Shown: piece after piece, positions 57,267 to 64,000 of the stretch | Numbering within the stretch: position 1 is the stretch's first letter | Layout: every line of letters begins with the position of its first letter | NCBI RefSeq assembly: GCF_006345805.1 | Contig: NC_043017.1 | Span: 8,742,001 to 8,806,000 of the forward strand | DNA from: Octopus sinensis | Taxonomy: Eukaryota | Direction: 5' to 3' | Length of the DNA stretch: 64,000 nucleotides | Notes under the pieces: generated by a model | The model's database searches: none | Told to the model about the DNA's origin: nothing | What the model saw: only the letters and a program-made list of their open reading frames with translations | Translations under genes and position numbers: made by a program

Positions 57267-59651
57267 TTTCAGATTTTGCCACAAGGACAACAATTTTGGG
57301 GGAGGGGATGAGTCGATTACACTGACCCCAGTCTTTAACTTCTATCAACCCCAAAAGGATGAAAGGTAAAAATTGACCTCAGTGGAATTTGAACTTGGAA
57401 TGTCGCGATGGGTGAAATACCGCTAAGCATTTCATCCAGTGTGCTAACAATTCTGCCAGCTCGCTGCCTTAGTAGTAGTAGTAGTAGTAATAGTAATAAT
57501 AATAATGATTTCTTTATTAACCACAAGGTTAATAATAATAATAATTACTAACATTAATTTATAATGACATCTATCATGGAAACAAAGAGACAGTTTGCTT
57601 TTTTTTCTTAATATGGGGTTTTAGTGAAGAGAAACAACTCTAGCATATAACAGGTACTTGTTTTATCAATTCCCCATCCATTTTCCACTACCCTGGGGAA
57701 ATGAAAGCCAATCTAAGTAGAATGGAATGGAATACCTTCAAACATATATAGCATATTTTATTGATTCCAAAAGGATTTTGAGGCAAACACATGACCCAAA
57801 CAGCTGCCTGCCTCAAAGACATAATTTTAACATAATTTAAAGGAGTGTAACTAAAGCACTTTGCACGTGTGAGTGTATGTATGCATGTGCATTAACAGGC
57901 TTTTGGTCATATAAATATACATGTGTGTGTGTGTGTGTGTATACATATATATATATATGTATATATATACACACACACATATTTTCTCATGTATTTACTT
58001 ATATATAAGCATATATGTGTGTGTATGTATGTATGTACTTATGTATGTATGCATGCATCTATGTGCATACGTATGTATATGCATGTATGTCAATTAATGG
58101 CAGTTTTTAGGGAAAGTTCAAACTTTCTCAAGAACTAGTATCGATTTTCTAAAGCCTTAAATTATATTTTTAAAACACCACAGCACATCTAGATACTCCT
58201 TGTGGTACACTAGTGCTATGTGGCACCCTATTTGAGACCTGCTGACGTAGAGGCTCTCTCAGTGACACAAAGTAAATACCAGGGATATACTAAGGTTCAT
58301 GCAACCAATAAAAATACAAAGATAGATGAGCAGGAGTGTGTTGGACAATGGAAAGAGGAAGGGGTGCAGTAGAGAAGTTAGGGCTCTTGAGTTTTTGAAG
58401 TAACAGCATGTTAACCCTTTAGCATTTAAACCAGTCATATGCAGCCAAAATATTTTGTTTTTGTGGCTGTGTGGTAAGTAGCTTGCTAACCAACCACATG
58501 GTTCCGGGTTCAGTCCCACTGCGTGGCATCTTGGGCAAGCGTCTTCTGCTATAGCCCTGGGCTGACCAATGCCTTGTGAGTGGATTTGGTAGACAGAAAC
58601 TGAAAGAAGCCTGTCGTATATATGTACATATATATAAGTGTGTGTGTGTATGTTTGTGTTTCTCCCCCTAGCATTGCTTGACAACCGATGCTGGTGTGTT
58701 TACGTCCGCGTCACTTAGCGGTTCGGCAAAAGAGACCGATAGAATAAGTACTGGGCTTACAAAGAATAAGTCCCGGGATCGAGTTGCTCGACTAAAGGCG
58801 GTGTTCCAGCATGGCTGCAGTCAAATGACTGAAACAAGTAAAAGAGTAAAGAGTAAACCAGTCAGATTTGGCCTCTCACACCTACCCTACAATATCACTC
58901 TAGAAATAAACAATCTACCCATCAAAATCTCAAAGCTATGAGATAAATGCATGATTAATTCAAACCAATGCGAATAAATAAGCATTAGATTCAAGAGAGT
59001 AAGCTGAATTCTAAAGAGTTAAACCTCTATGTTTGGATTTGAACCTTGATTGTGGAGACGTGAAACCTAATATGGTCTGTTGGTGCCTCTATCTCAATGC
59101 TTGATAACTTAGTGACCTAGAAAATAACAACAACCAGACTACAAGGATTACTACTACTACTACTAAGAACAACAACTACTGATACTGCTACAGTTAGTAA
59201 AATGAGGACCAGAAGACTATCAGGTCTACTAACAACTACTGCTGTTGACACAACTATAGCTACTAAAATTACTACTACAAGACTATTAGGACTTTTAATA
59301 CTACTACTACTACTACTACTACTATTACAGACTACCAGAACAACAACAACAACCACCACCACCACTACAGCATCTAAAATGACTTACAGTAGTTCTTTGT
59401 TATAAAGAGAAAGGATTGGAGACAGTTGTGCCAACCCCTACACATACTTAACATTATATACACAGCATACTGATTATACATACACAATATATATATACCA
59501 CACTACACATATACATACATAGTATATATATATATATGCACACAAATACATATATATTTGTGTGTGAGTGGGTGTGTGTATGTGTGCACATATATGTATT
59601 ACATTATATACACCAAACTATACATATATATACACACACACATATATATAT

Positions 59652-59682
<31 letters not shown>

Positions 59683-62600
59683 CACACACACATACATATA
59701 TACACGAAATATACATAATATGCAGCATACACATGCATCCTCACTATAACTATGCACCATACTATACATGCATACGCAATTACACACACCAAACTATACG
59801 TACACACAACACTGTATATACACACACATCATTATATACATACAACTCTATACTCAAATATTTCGAATGAAAATTGACAAGTGGAAATTTGATATTTATA
59901 TGTAACACCATCAATACCATCATCACTATTGCCACCATCATCATCATCATCAATGACATCACCAGCTCCTCAATTATCATCATCATCATCAACAACACTA
60001 CCAGTATCATTATCATCATCATCATCACTATCTCCAGCATCATCAACACCACCAACAACATCAATCACCATTACAGGCAAAGAAGGGAAGCCGCTATGTG
60101 ATCAATCAGCCTGTTAAAAATAGCAGCCAAATCTCTTTCAAATCACATTGTCTTAAAAGAAATTGAGGTTCAAGAAACAAGTGGTGGGGGTGGTTGATGT
60201 GAAGTTGTGTGCCCTTTACAAGTAGGCAAAGTGGGAGGACCACAGATTGACCTGGGGTTAAACAACAACAACAATGTTATGAATGCTAGCAACAGCATCA
60301 TCACTACCATCAACATCACTACGAAATTATGAACAGCTAGCCAAGGAGAAAGCTCCTGCATAGTCACTTGCCCTGCTAGGAATAGCAGCCAAACAAGGAA
60401 GGACACACTGAATAATGTAGTTCTAGATTATAGTACATCTGAGGAAGAAAAATATGGGATGGTGTCAACTGGAAGATCTTTGATTCATGGATTTTGTTCA
60501 ATCAAGACAAACCTAGGGCTAAACACCACTGACAATACTACTACTACCACCACCACCACTGTCAAAACCAATACTACCACTGCCACTACAACTATCATTA
60601 ATACTAACACCACTACCACTACTAAGGTCACTACCACCACCACAATTACCAAAACTACTACCATAACTACCACCACTACTACCACCACCACCACCATACT
60701 GTAACCAAAAACTGGAACTTCTAACAAGTCACTTGACCCATTTAATATAGACGACAACCATCCAAAAATCTTACACAATCAACATCCAACTGTGTTTACA
60801 AACGAAGGCCACACGTGTTGACCACATGGCTTAAATTCACTTATGACCAACCTGCCTCAGACTGACCCTGGTTCTATGATACAAACTTCCTGTTTTAAAA
60901 CGATACAAATCAAAATCTTCCATCAAAATTTCATGGTAGTTTATGTTCCACACAAGAGATTAACTCTTTAGCTTTCAGATTACTCTGTCAAATGTAAAAG
61001 GGTCATAACCCCTTCAGTCATAAATGACCATGGGTTTACACCAAGAAAGTTCCCCTCCGAGGCACAAGTCTGGGCAAGGTTGTTTATGGAAGACCAGCAA
61101 TCACCCATGCATAACAGCTGTCCTTCTTCACATTATTATAAGTACATAGGGTAAAGGATAAAGACACCCTTCGGTCATGAATGACCATGGGATTGCACCT
61201 AAAAATCCTTATTTATTCACATTATTTTGAATTAACCATGCATTATCCCTTGGCTCTGAGTTTTCAGTGATGTGTTTGTATGTTTTGAAAAACAACACAG
61301 TAGGGTAGGTGAGAGAGGCCAGATCTGGGTAGTTTGAACAGAAAAACAGGTAGAGTATTCTGGCTGGATATGTCCAGTTTAAATGCTGAAGGGTTCATAC
61401 TGATAAAGTTATATTTTACAAATCTCATCATCATCATCAACATCATTTTAATGTGGACTTTTCACTTTGAAGGCATGTGCTGCTCTCTCACTCAATAATT
61501 ATAATAATAATAATGAGGACAATAAAAATAATAATAATAAATGCCCTGTTGCAGTACCAGGCAGTGGCTCTCGTGGCTTCTGATCTTAACTGATTGGAAG
61601 TGTTATCATATACATTGTTTGGCCTTGGTATAAAAGATGGGCTACAGCAAATATTCTTGGTATAAAAGATGGGCTACAGCAAATATTCTGCTCAATACCA
61701 CAGATTTGCTTGTCAGTTGTTTGATCTTAACCAGTCGAGCATGTCCTTTAGTGACTTATAATTTGTGCATCTCTGATCATGAGCAGAAGTAGTGGGGGAG
61801 CATCATAGTCATGTGTTGAGAAGGATTCTTTGGGGTTTGAATAATTCACCCCAAGAAACATGGGCGTCTCATCCTTAAACAACCCTTATTTAGGAACATT
61901 TTGAGCAGGATGGGTTCAAAATAGGCCCATCTGTAAGGTCATGCACTGTTTTTCTTGAGACAAGATCACCCTGCCACACATATATGGTTGTGAAGTATGT
62001 ACCTGGTGCACCCTTATCAGAGAGGCAGTAATGATGGGCACATCAATCTTCATAAAGGAGGGCACCACCTGCCTCTGCAGATTCACCTTTCTTTCTGAAT
62101 GAAACTCAGCAAAGCTCCAGCTGTGTGATTAACAAAGGAGGAAAATATCTGTCCTCAGTTGTTTCATTGGTACAATGCCTTCCACCATAGCCACCCCACA
62201 AAGGAAAACTGCCAACAATTTCCTTTCTAAATAGAACTAAAAGAAGCTTTGACCACTAAAAAAGGAGGGAAATATCTGTGTTCGATCATTTCAGTTGTGT
62301 TTCCATAAACCCCCTTTCACTGTAACCACTACCCAGATCAGTGGTACTGAACTGGAATCCATCTGACCCCTGGGGTTCATAAAAGATTTTTGGGAGTTCA
62401 CACTAGCAAAAAAGTTGGGGACCCACTGTAGTATTTTAACTTTTTAGTATTCAGATTACTGTATCAAATGTAATGCTTATTTAATTACAGTTGTTTAATT
62501 AATCCTGCATTATCTCATAGCTTTGAAATTCCAATGAGGCAACTGTTTATTTTTTAAAATGATGTTGTAGAATAAATGTAAAAGGCTGGATCTGGCTGGT

Positions 62601-64000
62601 TTTGAAAGTAAAATAGGTAGATTATCTGGGTTAGATGTGGCCGGTTTAAATGTTAAAGGGTTAAGCAGCCATGAAAAGCTTTGGATTTAAATGTATTGAT
62701 ATGTTGCAAGAAACAGCTAGGTTTCCTTCTCTAACATGTTACACAGTTCAATCTTAACAAGTGAATGTGTGAATAACGCTCTTATCCACAATGCTATGCC
62801 CACGGGCATATAGCATAGTGGATAAGAGCACGTGTTACTAACCTTTGAATTTTGAATTCAATCCCAGACAGGGACTTGGGAAATAATATCAACAGAAAAA
62901 AATAACACCAGTTAAAAAGAATATCTTAAGAATGAGAACAGAGTACCCCATTAGACAAATAAAGGGTTAGGTTTTAAATTCCAAAAGAACATCTGATGAA
63001 GGCTGGAGAGTACATCAGCCGAAATGTGGTAACGACAAACAAGGTGAGGACACCTATCCGTCCAATTGTAAATAATGAACATAATACCTCATCTCAAAAA
63101 TATATAGAATAGTATTAACAAAATGGGAACTTGGAAAGAAGTATCTATAAAATTTGTTTTTAAACATCAAACAGCTATGAGGGTCCACCAGAATAAAAAA
63201 GTAATCCAAGGGTTTCATTGATAAATAACGGTTGAGAAACACTGCCCTAGATGAAAACTACCAGCCCTTACCAGCAAATGAAAGGTATTGGAGTAATTTT
63301 TATGATGGACTCAGAGACCAAATGAATCTGGCAAATGATAACCAGCTATTCTCCCTAACTCCACGAATCAGCAATTGCTTGGAGAGTGAACCCTGTGCAC
63401 ACACAATGCATTCAGCATTGTCCTACACACATATTTGATAAGGGTGGTGGGGGATGTTAGGATCAAAACTTTCTAAAGTAATAACAGGTAGATGTAGACA
63501 TTTGGTGTGCGGGAAGCGGGGGGGGGGGGTTCCAGTTGATCCAATCAATGGAGCAGTCAGCTCGTGAAATTAACATGTAAGTGGCTGAGTACCCCACAGA
63601 TGTACCCTTAATGTGGTTCTCAAGGAGATTCAGTACAAACAGAATGTGGCAAGACTGGTCCCTTTGAATTATAGGTACAACTCCTTTTTACCAGCTGAGA
63701 GGACTGGATCGATGTGAAATAAAGGACACAAATTGCCATTGGGAACTGAACTCTCGACCTTACAATTTGGGTGGACTGGAGCAACTTAAAGTGTTTTGCC
63801 CAAGGGTACAATGCACCACGGGGATTTGAACTCTCAACCTTACAATTGTGAGTCGAACACCCTAACCACTAAGACAAGTGTCTTCACAGCAAAAGGAACA
63901 AAAGGCAAATAAGATGCTGGGTGGGGAAAGGGGCAGTGTCTTATTTCCCCATACTACAACCACCTGTCTTTCATTCAAAGGAACTTTTAATAAACAAATA

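Overview
Eukaryotic, AT-rich, repeat-dense genomic DNA. The repeat families resemble those I recall from coleoid cephalopods (probably Octopus); this is not verified. The window holds the central part of one minus-strand Notch receptor gene. I reconstructed 18 coding exons by hand (44581 down to 522; 4066 nt, about 1355 codons). All have GT donors and AG acceptors, and the phases are consistent throughout. They encode the end of EGF6, EGF7-35, three LNR repeats and the N-terminal heterodimerisation (NOD) half with a likely S1 furin site. I saw no exons for the signal peptide or EGF1-6 (44582-64000 looks intronic and contains one 100-N gap). HD-C/TM/RAM/ANK/PEST lie left of position 1. The introns are full of tRNA-derived SINEs, mariner/piggyBac/hAT-type MITEs, Helitron-type elements, LINE 3' ends (RTE, CR1), Penelope-like foldbacks and mini/microsatellites. 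There are no CRISPR arrays, rRNA genes or true tRNA genes. Most notable: (1) one of the last EGF repeats is deleted inside an exon, and EGF34 is remodelled with an extra CxxC; (2) the glycosylation consensus sites of ligand-binding EGF11-12 are rewired; (3) an intronic minisatellite has a CSL/Su(H) site in its unit; (4) a decayed tandem array is copied from an exon/5' splice-site junction; (5) a foldback family carries degenerate minimal hammerhead-ribozyme motifs, and there are several other long intronic hairpins. EGF numbering and fly/human comparisons are from recalled sequences and need an alignment to confirm.
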